From Rhizaria sp. SCN 62-66 (lineage: Eukaryota), in the NCBI GenBank assembly GCA_001724265.1, contig MEDY01000284.1, positions 1 through 64,000 on the forward strand: a stretch of 64,000 nucleotides of DNA. Reading direction: 5' to 3'. The notes beneath the pieces were generated by a model. It saw only the letters and a program-made list of their open reading frames with translations. It did no database searches and was not told the origin of the DNA. Made by a program: the position numbers and the translations under genes. Each line of letters begins with the position of its first letter. Position 1 is the first letter of the stretch. This document shows positions 9,460 to 20,000 of the stretch, one piece after another.

Positions 9460-12111
9460 TCAGTTGCCGCCGTAGTTGCTGCCAGGCGTGTCGGCAAACA
9501 GCAGCTTGCGCTCGGCCGCGGGCGTGCTGTCCATGCCGGAGCCGGCGTGCGCGCCGCTTACGCCCGCAGCGCCGGGCCCGGGCGTGGCGTCGACCATCGC
9601 CGCGCCCGCGCCCGCGCCTGCACCGGCACCGACGTGAGCACCAGCGCCAGCGGCTCCGGCGCCGTAGCGCGAGATAGTCACGCCGACAGGCGTCACGCCG
9701 GTGCCACCGGTGCGCGCCGCGAACGCCGCCCCGGCCTCGTCGCCGGGCGTGGGCGGCGTGGAGCGTGGCACGGCCGCAAACGCGCCCGCCTGCAGCGCCA
9801 CGCTCGTCGCCGCCGCGGGCAGCGGCAGCAGCCCGTTGCCGCCCGCGCGCGCCGTCAGCGCCACGACGTCGCCCGTGCGCGCACCCGCCGCGGTGGCCGC
9901 CGCGGCGGGGCCGGGCGAGTGCCCGACCGAGCCCGCGTCGCCGGCCGCGCCGTCGTCGTCGCGCATACGCTTGGCGCGCCGGATCAAGAAGCCGTCGTCG
10001 CTGGCAGCGGGCGTCGCAGACGCAGTTGACTTGTTAGGGCCCGCGAGCAGACGCACCTCGGCGGCCTTCTGCTCGACATAGATCACCTCGCTGCTCTGCT
10101 TGCGCGCGGCCTCCTCGGCGGCGCGCGCGGTGCGCATCTGCGCGCGGCGCGCCGCAGTCGCAGTCGCCAGGATCGGGCGCAGACGCGCGCGCGCCGCGGC
10201 GGCGGTGGCAGCCATGGCGGCCGCATCGCCCGCGCAGGCCTCGAGCGACGCCGCGGGCGCGGCGGCCGTCAGCGCCTTCTCCGGCGGCAGCTCCAGCGCG
10301 CCCTGCTTGACGAACACGGTCCCTGCGGCCGCCGCGGTCGCAGCAGCCTCAGCGTTGGCGGCGCTGGCGTGCGCGGTCCAGCCCGCAAATGAGGCCGGCG
10401 CGGCCGCAGGGGCCATCAGCGCGGTCATCTCCGCCATTCCCGTCCGCAGCTGCGCCGTCAGCAACGACACGCGCTGCGCCAGCAAAGCGGCCTGCGCAGG
10501 TGTCGCGCCCGCGGGCGTGGCGCCGCCGCGCGCGACAAACGCCGCCAGCGCTGCCGCAGTCGCTGCCAGCGTGGCGGGTGCGGCGGCCGTGACGGGCGGC
10601 GCGCACGCGGCCGAGGACAGCGCGGGCGACGGCAGCCACGATAGCACGCGCGCGGCGCCTGTCACAGCCGCGGCGGCCTCCGCAGCGGAGATGGTGACGG
10701 TGGGCGCGGCGTCTGCGGGGATGGGGGCGGGGGCAAAGCGCGGATAGCCCTCCGGCCCCAGCAGCAGCGCCGCGGCAGCGGTCATGGGCGGGCGCGCGAG
10801 CGCTGAAAAGGCGGTGTACGCGGCGTTAACGCGCGCGCAGTAAGCCTCCGCGGCGCCCGGCGCGGCGAGGTGCGCGGCGGCGGTGGCCACGGCGGCGAGC
10901 GCGACCTGCGACGGCGCGGCCGTGAACATGGCGTCGGTGAAGTAGGACGCGAGAATGTACTCGTCGGCCAAGCGCGAGATCCAGCAGAGATCCGCCGCGC
11001 TCACGGGGACGGACGCGCTCTCGCTCTGGCTCTGGCTCGGCGCTGCCGCGGCAATGCCGGGCTCGAGCTTTATGGCAGCCGCTACGGTGATGTTGCTGTT
11101 AGCATCGTTGTCGCTGAGGAAGAGTTCGAGCACGCCGCGCTTGGCCCTGAAAGGCGTGGTGATGCGCACTTGACACATGATTCCGTTCAGCAAGTCCGCC
11201 TCGCCCGCGACAATCACGGTCTCGTTGGCGCCCGCGGCCGCGGCCAGATCTTCGATGCGGAGGAAGTTCTCGTCCGTCTTGCCCGCGATGAGCAGCGCCG
11301 ACACGAGCAGCGCCTTGGGGTCCGCCTCCTGCGGCGAGTGCAGCAGGAAGAAGCGGCGCACGTACGCCAGCGCCATCGCAACGGTCGAGTCGGGGCACAT
11401 CTCCACGCCCGTCGCGCTGCGGAACGTGCTCGGCGACTGCAGCGGAACCGCGGACGCGGACGCAGACTCAGACGCAGAGTCGCTTCCTGGCGCATCAGCA
11501 TCGGCACTGCCGCTGCTGCTGGAGGCGCTGGGGAGGGGGATTGAGGCGGCGGCGCGGCGCGGCCGGTTGCGGGCGTTAAGCGCGCGCTGCATGTGCAGCA
11601 AACGCGAGAGATAAAACTGCACGAGAGTGTGCTCCTCCTCGCGCGACAGCGGCTCTCCCGCATTCACTCCAGCAGCACCCGCGGCGGCCGCTGAGGTGGC
11701 TGAGGGGTCCTCGACGTAGGCGACGCTTGTGTCGAGATCGTCGGCCTCGCCCGTGGCTGCGCTCGCAGCAGCGGCGTCAGCGGCCGCGGCGGCGAAGAAC
11801 GCCGGGTTCGGACGCAGAGGGTCATGTGCGGCCGAGTCCGCCGCGGCGGCAGTGGCGGCAGCGGACGAGGGCGCGAGCAGCGACTGCGGGAGAGCGGGGG
11901 CCAACGCCGCGGGCGAGGCGGCCGAGGGAAGCAGCGCAGCGCCGCGGCGACTGGGGCTCACAGCAAGCGCGGAGCGCGCGGCGGCAGCTGCGGAGGCCGT
12001 GATTGCGAGGATTGCGGCACGGGCGCGCTCGTGCGTGAGGGCGCGGAGCTCGCACAGGTGGTCATGCGAGAAGAGCCAGTACTTGCGATGCGAAGAGTCA
12101 GAGAAGTTCAT
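9460..12111 (-). CDS. CCNH: Cyclin H-like protein (CAK/TFIIH subunit), expanded by Ala-rich insertions
   Basis: N-terminus MNFSDSSHRKYWLFS..L.ELRA, then LSREEEHTLVQFY, a cyclin box (TVAMALAYVRRFFLLHSPQEADPKALLVSALLIAGKTDE), ITTPFRA and FTDAMFTAAPSQVALAA. ATG at 12111, stop TGA. Confidence 0.85.
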   Translation of the reverse strand: MNFSDSSHRKYWLFSHDHLCELRALTHERARAAILAITASAAAAARSALAVSPSRRGAALLPSAASPAALAPALPQSLLAPSSAAATAAAADSAAHDPLRPNPAFFAAAAADAAAASAATGEADDLDTSVAYVEDPSATSAAAAGAAGVNAGEPLSREEEHTLVQFYLSRLLHMQRALNARNRPRRAAASIPLPSASSSSGSADADAPGSDSASESASASAVPLQSPSTFRSATGVEMCPDSTVAMALAYVRRFFLLHSPQEADPKALLVSALLIAGKTDENFLRIEDLAAAAGANETVIVAGEADLLNGIMCQVRITTPFRAKRGVLELFLSDNDANSNITVAAAIKLEPGIAAAAPSQSQSESASVPVSAADLCWISRLADEYILASYFTDAMFTAAPSQVALAAVATAAAHLAAPGAAEAYCARVNAAYTAFSALARPPMTAAAALLLGPEGYPRFAPAPIPADAAPTVTISAAEAAAAVTGAARVLSWLPSPALSSAACAPPVTAAAPATLAATAAALAAFVARGGATPAGATPAQAALLAQRVSLLTAQLRTGMAEMTALMAPAAAPASFAGWTAHASAANAEAAATAAAAGTVFVKQGALELPPEKALTAAAPAASLEACAGDAAAMAATAAAARARLRPILATATAARRAQMRTARAAEEAARKQSSEVIYVEQKAAEVRLLAGPNKSTASATPAASDDGFLIRRAKRMRDDDGAAGDAGSVGHSPGPAAAATAAGARTGDVVALTARAGGNGLLPLPAAATSVALQAGAFAAVPRSTPPTPGDEAGAAFAARTGGTGVTPVGVTISRYGAGAAGAGAHVGAGAGAGAGAAMVDATPGPGAAGVSGAHAGSGMDSTPAAERKLLFADTPGSNYGGN

Positions 12112-12638
12112 TGTGGCTCGGACGCGTGCGCGCTGTGCAGAACTCAGGAAATCCAAGGCTGGAGCAAAGTGGCAGTGTGTGTGGAAGCTGGATATGAATG
12201 CAAGAGCTGAGAAAGACAGAGGCAAGGCGATCCTCAGTTGAGCCAGTTTGCGAACGGCCTCAAAAGACGGGGTTAACCTATGGTTATTGAAATACAATAA
12301 GATTATAATGCGTGTAAGCTAATAAAGTTAACTAATACGCCAGAGATATATCGTGCTGTTACGTTATATCTCTCTGCAAAGTCTTCCAAATAAGCATGAC
12401 CGTTGGCCTTGTCTGGCGAGGACCGTGAGTGAGCTCTCGGTGAAGAGTTGGATTGCTATCAAGAACTCGAATATCTCCTTAGAATATCCGTCTGTTGCGA
12501 TAAGTGTTGTTTTTTCAGGCTTTCTAACTCTTATAATTCAATATCCTTGAATTCTTCTTTCCTAGTCACTCGCTAAGACTTCCATCTTGCTGGATATTGC
12601 GCTGACCACAACCATCTTTGCTCGTCGTACTGAAAGCC

Positions 12639-13325
12639 ATGGACTCGTTGCTGAACCCGCCCCTCTCGTCTTCGCCCGGCGACCTCACCGACGGCGGCGA
12701 TGATTTCCGTTCCTCTGAGATCTCTCCCCTGCGTGCGCGCCGCGTGGCGTACGCGGCGCCCGAGCCCGGCGCGTCTAAGCTCAAGACCTACGAGTCGAAG
12801 CTGGCGCAGGGCGAGAAGCTGGACAACCACGAGCAGGAGGAGCTGCTTTCCGACCTTAAGACGCAGGCCGACTTCATGAACCGCGTGTGGCGCATTGTTA
12901 TTGTTGCCTTTGGCGCCATCTTCGGCACTATCACGCTTGCGTTGCTCGTCGTGCGGCTCTGGCGCGGCGGCGGTGTGGTGTACCTGCACCGCAATCTCGA
13001 GCCCGCGCTCGGCGCGTTTCTCCTTACCTTTCTCCAGCTCGCCGCCGTCCTCTCCTTCGCTCTCACGGCGCGCGCCGCGCTCGCGCTTCCGGCGCTGCCC
13101 AGCGAGGAGCAGATGCTCGCCTCGGGCTCCGCCGCCGCCGTGTCGGCCGCGCTGTTCATCTTCTGTCTCGCGCTGAAAGGTCTGCTGTCGCTGCCCAACG
13201 CGTGGCTGCCGCTGTGCGTCGCCGCGCAGTGGGGCAGTCTCTTCTACGCGCGCAACGCCGCGGTCGGGTTTGAGGGCGATATGCGCGACCTCGCGAAGGT
13301 CCGCTACCGCCACGAGTCACTCTAA
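12639..13325 (+). CDS. Multi-pass membrane protein of unknown function (228 aa)
   Basis: ATG at 12639, coding-like GC3 bias, about 4 hydrophobic segments, stop TAA. Motifs KLDNHEQEELLSDLKTQ and DLAKVRY. Confidence 0.75.
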   Translation: MDSLLNPPLSSSPGDLTDGGDDFRSSEISPLRARRVAYAAPEPGASKLKTYESKLAQGEKLDNHEQEELLSDLKTQADFMNRVWRIVIVAFGAIFGTITLALLVVRLWRGGGVVYLHRNLEPALGAFLLTFLQLAAVLSFALTARAALALPALPSEEQMLASGSAAAVSAALFIFCLALKGLLSLPNAWLPLCVAAQWGSLFYARNAAVGFEGDMRDLAKVRYRHESL

Positions 13326-13889
13326 TGTAGCCATATTCTGCGAACGCAAACTTGCAAACTTCGTGTGTGCGATCTCTCACGCAATAAATTGAATACATAG
13401 TTGAACACATTATATTATGATAAGCTTACCAATTCAGTGTCCAAGACAGTAGTGATAGCGTTCATGCTCTTGTTCTAAGCGCGGTTTGTTGAAACAACCT
13501 GTTTGCTGTGTTGAAGTGACATGGTGGCACATTGCCAGAACAATGAGCTCAAAATAATTCGGGAAAATATCGAACAAAAAGCACAAGATGTGTATTTGTC
13601 AAACATCACAAGGTTTAATAATTAAATAAAGGATTCACGTTTGTTTGCTTCACACAAGTATCATCGGCATTGTTGTTGCCGTCGTCGCAGCAAAATCAAC
13701 TGCGTATGTCATGCGCCATACTATACTATATAACCACGTGCATGATGCACTCACGTAATTGTTGCGTGCATAAATAAATTATCATAAAAGTTATCACCAG
13801 CCACTCGATGACTTCGCAAAGCAACGCACTCAGAGGCAGTTAGACGCATGTGGCCAACGTTTCTCGCCAGATACGTAAAACGAGTTTAA

Positions 13890-14009
13890 TTAATTGGTGT
13901 TATCTTTGCCCTTCGCGTTGCTGTTGCTCTTGCCATTGCCGCTGCCGTCGCCAAACCATTTGGCCTGGCCCTTGCTGCGCCACAGCGACTTCGCGTTCTT
14001 ATTGCCGCC

Positions 14010-14055
<46 letters not shown>

Positions 14056-17000
14056 TTGTTGTTGTTGTTGTAGTTGTTGGTCGCACCATCACCGCTGTCG
14101 TTGCCGCTCCCAGCACTGTCGCTGACGCTGCCGTTGCCGGTGCCGTTGCCGTTGCGGCCGCCACTGCGGCTGCCGCCGCGGCCGGCGCTGGCCGTCGCGT
14201 TGGGCGCCGGCGCGGTGGCGATCGCCCACAGCGCCGCGCCCTTAGCGCGCACGTTGGCGACGAAAGCCTGCAGTTGCGCGGCCTCGGCGGCGCGCACGGG
14301 CGTCATCGAGGGGAACTTGCGGGTAAATGTGGTCTGTTCCAGCCGCTCCAGCGCCGCGCTCGCCTGCGCGGCGTCGGCGAAGGGCTATTCCGACGCGGCC
14401 GTGGTCAGCGACGGGTAGGGAGACCGCGCCTGCGTCGGGCCGTCGGCGTCAGCGGCCGCCGCGGACCGCTGCTGCTGCTGCTGCTGCGGCTGCTGCTGCT
14501 GGTTGTTCTGGAACAGCTGCAGCTGCTGCATCTGCATGTGGTGCAGCTGCTGGTGCTCCAGCTCGCGCTGCTGGAGACCGTCCGCAAGCACGGTGGCCTC
14601 CTCCTCGGCGGCCACTACGTCTTCGAGCCAGTTGGCCAGCGCCTCAACCTCCACGGCCGTGGCCTGCGCCGCGCGCCGCGCGCCCGTGTCCGGCCCGGCA
14701 GCGGCAGCCGCAGCCGCGGCCGCGCCGTCGCCAGCGGAGGTCGCGGTGCCGCAGCCGCGTTGCAGCGAGGCGAGCGCGAGCTTGAGCGCGCGGTCCGCGG
14801 CCGTGAGCAGCGAGGCGATGTCGCCGGCCTCGAGACGCAGGCGCACGCGCACGGGCGTGGGCAGCGCCGACAGGGTCGCCAGCGCGCAAGCCGCCGCGGC
14901 CGTCGACGACGGCGGCGGCGCGTAGGGCCCCGTCGTGTCGCGCGGCGCGAAGCTGCGGGCGCGCGCGTAGACGTGGTGCCGCGCCGCGCGCTGGCTGCCG
15001 CGGCCGCTCAATGAGACAGAAGAGCCCGCGCCCGCGCTCTCAGCAGCAGTGAGAGCGACATAGTTGTAGACCGTGGCGGCGTTGGCAGAGTCGGCGTCGG
15101 CGTCGGCGTCGGCGTTGGCGTCGGGCGGCGGCAGACCGAGTGCCTGCGCCGAGAGCCTGTGGAAGGCGACCGAGCCGTTGAGCTGCACACGCGCAAAGCG
15201 TCCGAGCCCCGCACTCTTCCCCACATTCTCCCCCACGCCCACGCCCATGCCCATGCCTTCATTGTCGCTACCACTGAGGCTGCCGTTGCCGCTGCCGGTC
15301 GCAATGTTGATGCCGGCGAAGTCGGCGGCCGTCTGCATGAGCGACGCGGCCGTGAGCAGGCGCGAAAGCACGAGCGCCTCGCGGCATGCGCGCAGCTCGT
15401 ACGCGCCCGACGCAAGCGTGCGCCGCACCTCCACTGCATCGCTGCGCTTCAGCTTCCGCTGCCGCCGCAGCGACGCCACAGCGGACGCCGACATGTCGGC
15501 CTCCTCGACCGAGAGCGTGACGTACGTGTTGACCGTGGCGCGCGCGATGGCACGCGACCAGGACCAGGACGAGTAGGGCATCGACGTGCCCACCTGCCGC
15601 GCGGTCTGTGCCGCCAATAAAGCGGCGGCGGCGGCGTCGTGCGTGGCGTCGCCGCTCTGCGCACTGCCGCCGTTGTTGCTCGCATTGGCGCCTGCTGCGT
15701 CGCTCGCGCGCGCGCTCTCGTGACTCGCGCTGGCGGCGTAGCTACCGTTCGCGCTCCCAATGGTGTCCTTGCCGGAAGCGCCCGACGGCGTGGGGTAGCG
15801 CGTGGAGCAAAAGAACGAGAGCGTGTCCGCGAAGGCCTGGCCCCACGACGCCGGCGCACCGGCCGCAGAGAACGCAGCGTCGTCGCTCAAGCCCGCCGAG
15901 GCCGATACGGCGCCGGCGCTGGCGGCGGCCTCGGTCGCGGCGGCCGTCAGCGTCGCCTGCCACATGCGCATCGCGGGGCGCGTGTTGCCGCTGCGGAGCT
16001 CTGCGACGACGACACGCGCCACCGCAATGATCGGCACGGCGTCCAGCGACAGCGCGGCCATGCGCAGACTCAGCTCCGAGCTCGCGTTCGCGGCGTCAGC
16101 ATTCGCGGCGTCGGCATTTGCGGCGGCCGCGCTGCCGTCGTCCTCGCGCCCGCTCTCGCCCGCGGTGTCGAGCTCGGCGCTGGGCTCGGCCGTGGTCTCC
16201 GGGCTGGCACTCTTGTTGGTGAGCGCGGTGTCGCCCGTTGCGGCGGTGACGGTAGGCGGCAGCATGCGTGCGGCCATCGCGGCCGTGTCGGCGGCCACGT
16301 GCATCGGCGTCGTCTCGCTCACTGCAAGCCCGCTCGCACGCACACTCGCGCTTGCGCTCTCGCTCGTGTTGGTGCTGCTTGTGCTGGCGCTGCTGGCGTT
16401 GCGGGCAGCGAGCGCTGCGTGGTGCGCCTGCGCGGCGGCGAGCGCAGACGCGGCGCCGGGACCACCGATGACGAGCGCCCATCCGGGCCAGCTGCGCAGT
16501 GCCGAGAGCTCAGACACCATGTGCGCGCGCGCCAGCGCCGCCGCGCACGCGCCCAGCGCCGTGTGAGGGAGCACCGCGGCCGTGGGTGCAGAGGGCGCAG
16601 CGGCGCGGGCCTGCGCGGCCACGGCCACGGCCTTGGCGGCAGCGTGCGGCAACGGCGGCAGCAGACGCGCCAGGAACCAGAAGTAGGCGTTTTGGGCCCC
16701 GACCGAGGGCGGCGCGCTGGCGGGGCCGCCGAGGCGCGGCGACAGCAGCGCCGGCAGCGTGACGCCCGCGGCCGCGCACAGGTGCATCTGCAGGTGCAGC
16801 GACAGCGCCGCGCCCGGGGACACGCATGGCACGGCGGACGAGTCCGCGGCCGCCGCGGAGGCGACGGCACGCGCGGCGGCCTGGGGCCCCTTGCGGCCGT
16901 GCGCGGCGTAGAGCGCGCGCGCGCGGGCCAGGAAGCGCGCTGCGCCGCCGTCGGGGTGTCTGCAGCCGCCGCAGCAGTCGCGCGAGCACGTGGCGCCCGG

Positions 17001-20000
17001 CACTGCAACCGACACCGCCGCGCCGCTGCTACTGCTACTGCTACTCGTGTTGCTGTTGCTGTTGCTGTTGCTGTTGCAGCAGCCGGGTGCGGAGAAGACG
17101 AGCTCATCATCGAGCACGCCCAGCAGCGAGGCCGCCACGGTCGACGCTGGCACGGTGCTGGTGGCGAGCGCGGCGGGCGAGTCGCCCAGCGCTGGCGCCA
17201 GCGCCGCGGCCGCCGACGCGTTGGCGACTGCGCGCTGCGCCGACACCGCAAGCGCGGCGGGCACGACCGGCGCCGCCGCGGCCGTGGCTTCAAGCGCCGA
17301 GACAAGCGCGACGGAGAACAGCGGGGAGCGCGCGCGCGGCAGCGCCAGGGTCGTCACAAGCTGCGCAGTGGCAGAGACTGAACCTGCGTTCGCGCCCGCG
17401 TCAGCGTCTGCGTCTGAAGAGACGGTTGACGACGTCGTGGAGTCTGCAGGCGCAGACGCTGTCGCCGCGAGCATAAGCGCCTCCGAGAGCGCGCCGCACG
17501 CGCCGTCGACGCCGCGCGTGGCAAAGATCTCGCCCGTGTAATGGTTCCCTTTAGCGGCGTTGGCGGCGGCAGTGGAAGTGGCTCCGGCGGCGGCGACGGC
17601 CGAGGCCGAGCGCGCGGGCAACGCTGCGTACGCCGTGGCAGGGACGTCGATCGCGCTGATGGCGCACCGCATCAGCGCCAGCGCCGAGCGCGCGGTCAGC
17701 GGCACGCACACGTAGGGCGCCAGCGCGGGTGCCAGCGCAGTCGCGGCGCCGTCAGCGGCCGCGGCGCCCTCGCCAGCCGTCGCGGCGGTCGCGGCCGCGG
17801 TCAGGGCCGCGGAGGGGCGCAGGTGCGGCGGCAGGTATGGGCTGTTAGCGGGCAGCCAGATGGCGGGCGGCGCGGGCGCGACGGTTTTGTGCATCAGCGG
17901 CGAGAGCAGACGCAGCGCGGACCGCGGCTGCAGCGGCCGCAGTGGCGGCGGCACCGTCGCTGGGTAGCTCATCACCACGGGCGCCGCGCCGGAGTCAGCA
18001 GCGCTGGACTCCGCAGACACTGGCGCAGTGGACGCGGATGAGGAGCCGAGGGCCGAGGCGAGAGCGGGGTTCCCGGCGGGCGTGAGGCAGCGCTCCACGG
18101 GCCACGGCCACTGCTGCGCACCCTGTGACTGCGATTGCAATGTGTAGCTGCAGACGCCGTCGTCGTTGTTGTCAAGGTTTTCGGCGAAGAAGTCGATGCC
18201 GGAGCTGGGGTGCTCGACGATGGCCACGCCGCCAGGACCCACGCGCGCCAGCGACGGCACAGTCGGAATCACCGGCGGCCGCGTCGACGCCGCCGCCGCA
18301 GACTGCGCTTGCGACGCGACACCGGCAGCCTTCTCGCTGCTCGCGTCGCCGCTGGCGATGTTAGCGCCGCCGCTGCGGGCGCGGAGACGTGCGCGGGCGC
18401 GCGCGCGGGCGGCCGCGGCTGCGGTGTCGTCCGCGGCCGCGGCGTGTGCACCAAGGATCTTGAGCAGGAGCCCGCGGCCGGTGAGCCCCATCTGCTGTGC
18501 ACGCTGCTGCCAGTGCCAGCGCGCGCGCACGGAGCGGAACTGGCGCGACTGCCCAGCCTCGCCCAGCTGCACCAGCACGGGCTTCCCGCGCGCGTCACTG
18601 CTGCCGCTGTTGTTGTTGTTGTCAGCGGTGCTGTTGTTGTCGGTGACGAGGACGACGCGGAAGCACGCGGTGAGGAGCGCGGCGCGGTGCTGCTGCGAGA
18701 GCGCCAGCGCGGGCGACAGCAGCACGTCCAGCGCCATCTGCACCGGGTGCGCCGCGCTCACCGACACAGCGGACACGGACACTGGCGCTGCGGATACCTG
18801 CCCGGATGAACCGACGGCACCGGCACCGACACCGGTGCCAGAGACGGGGTCGGCAGTGGAGACACTGCGGCGCGAGCCAGTGCCAGCGGCGTCAGCGCCG
18901 CCGCGTGCAGCAGCCTCTGAAGCGGCGACGGCGAAGCTAGCGGCGGCGGGGTCTGCGCCGAGCGGGGCGGCGACGGCCAGCGTCTGCGGCTGCAGCGGCA
19001 CGATGGTGTGCTCGCCGCGCGTCAGACAGCCCTCGTCGGGCAGCGCGGCGGCCGCGGCGTAGGGTGGCGCGATGGCGCTCGCCTCGGCCGCGGACAGCGG
19101 ACGCAGGATCTCGACCGGCTCGCGTGCCCACTCGGCCACCAGTGCTTCGTACTCCGCGGTCGCCTCCGCCGCAGCCGCGGCTGCAGCCGCAGCTGCCGAG
19201 GACTCTGCAGCCGACTCCGCAGCAACAGTCTCCGCGGACGCGGTGGCGGCGGCAGCGGTGTCCGCGCTCGCGCCAGCGCCCGGTGGGCCAGCAGCAGCAC
19301 CAGCAGCAGTCTCAGTCTCCGGCGCCGGCGCTAGAGATGGCGCTGGCGCAGGCGTGAGCGCGGTGACTGCGACCCACTCGTTGCCGGAGCCCCCGACGGG
19401 GCGCGGCGGCCGACGCTCGCCCGCCGCGGCCGCGTGTGACGCCGCGGCGGCCGCGGCGGCGGCGACCGACGCCGGCGCAGCGACCGCAGCGGCCGCGGCG
19501 GCGGCAGCGGTGCGCGCGCCGAGCGTGGGGAGCTCGTAGGCAAGCAGCGCGCCGGGCACGAGTGCGGCGATGGCCTCGGCGGCGAGCGCGGCGGCCGCGC
19601 GCGGGCGCTCAAGGCGGTCAAAGGACGTGATGAGCGCGAGCTGGGAGCGCAGTGGCAGCGAGCGGAAGGCGGCAGGGAGCACCGTCGCGACGACGGTTGA
19701 CGCGGGAGCGCTTGAGACGGGGGGGCGGTTACGGTTACTGCGACTGCTGCCGCTGCTGCTGCTGTTGTTAGCGCTTGTGCGGGCGCGACTGTTACCGCAG
19801 TCGTTGCCGTCCTTGTTATTGGCATCGTTGCTGTTGTTGCCGTCGTCGTTGTTGTGGCCGTTGTCGGTGCTGCCGGCATCCGCGGAGCTGGGAGTCTGGC
19901 CCAGACTGTCGCTGCCGCCGTTGCTGGCGGCCGAGATGGGGACGAAAAGCCCGCTCGACTGCAGCGGCGACTCGAGCACCACGGCGCACAGCGGCGCAGA

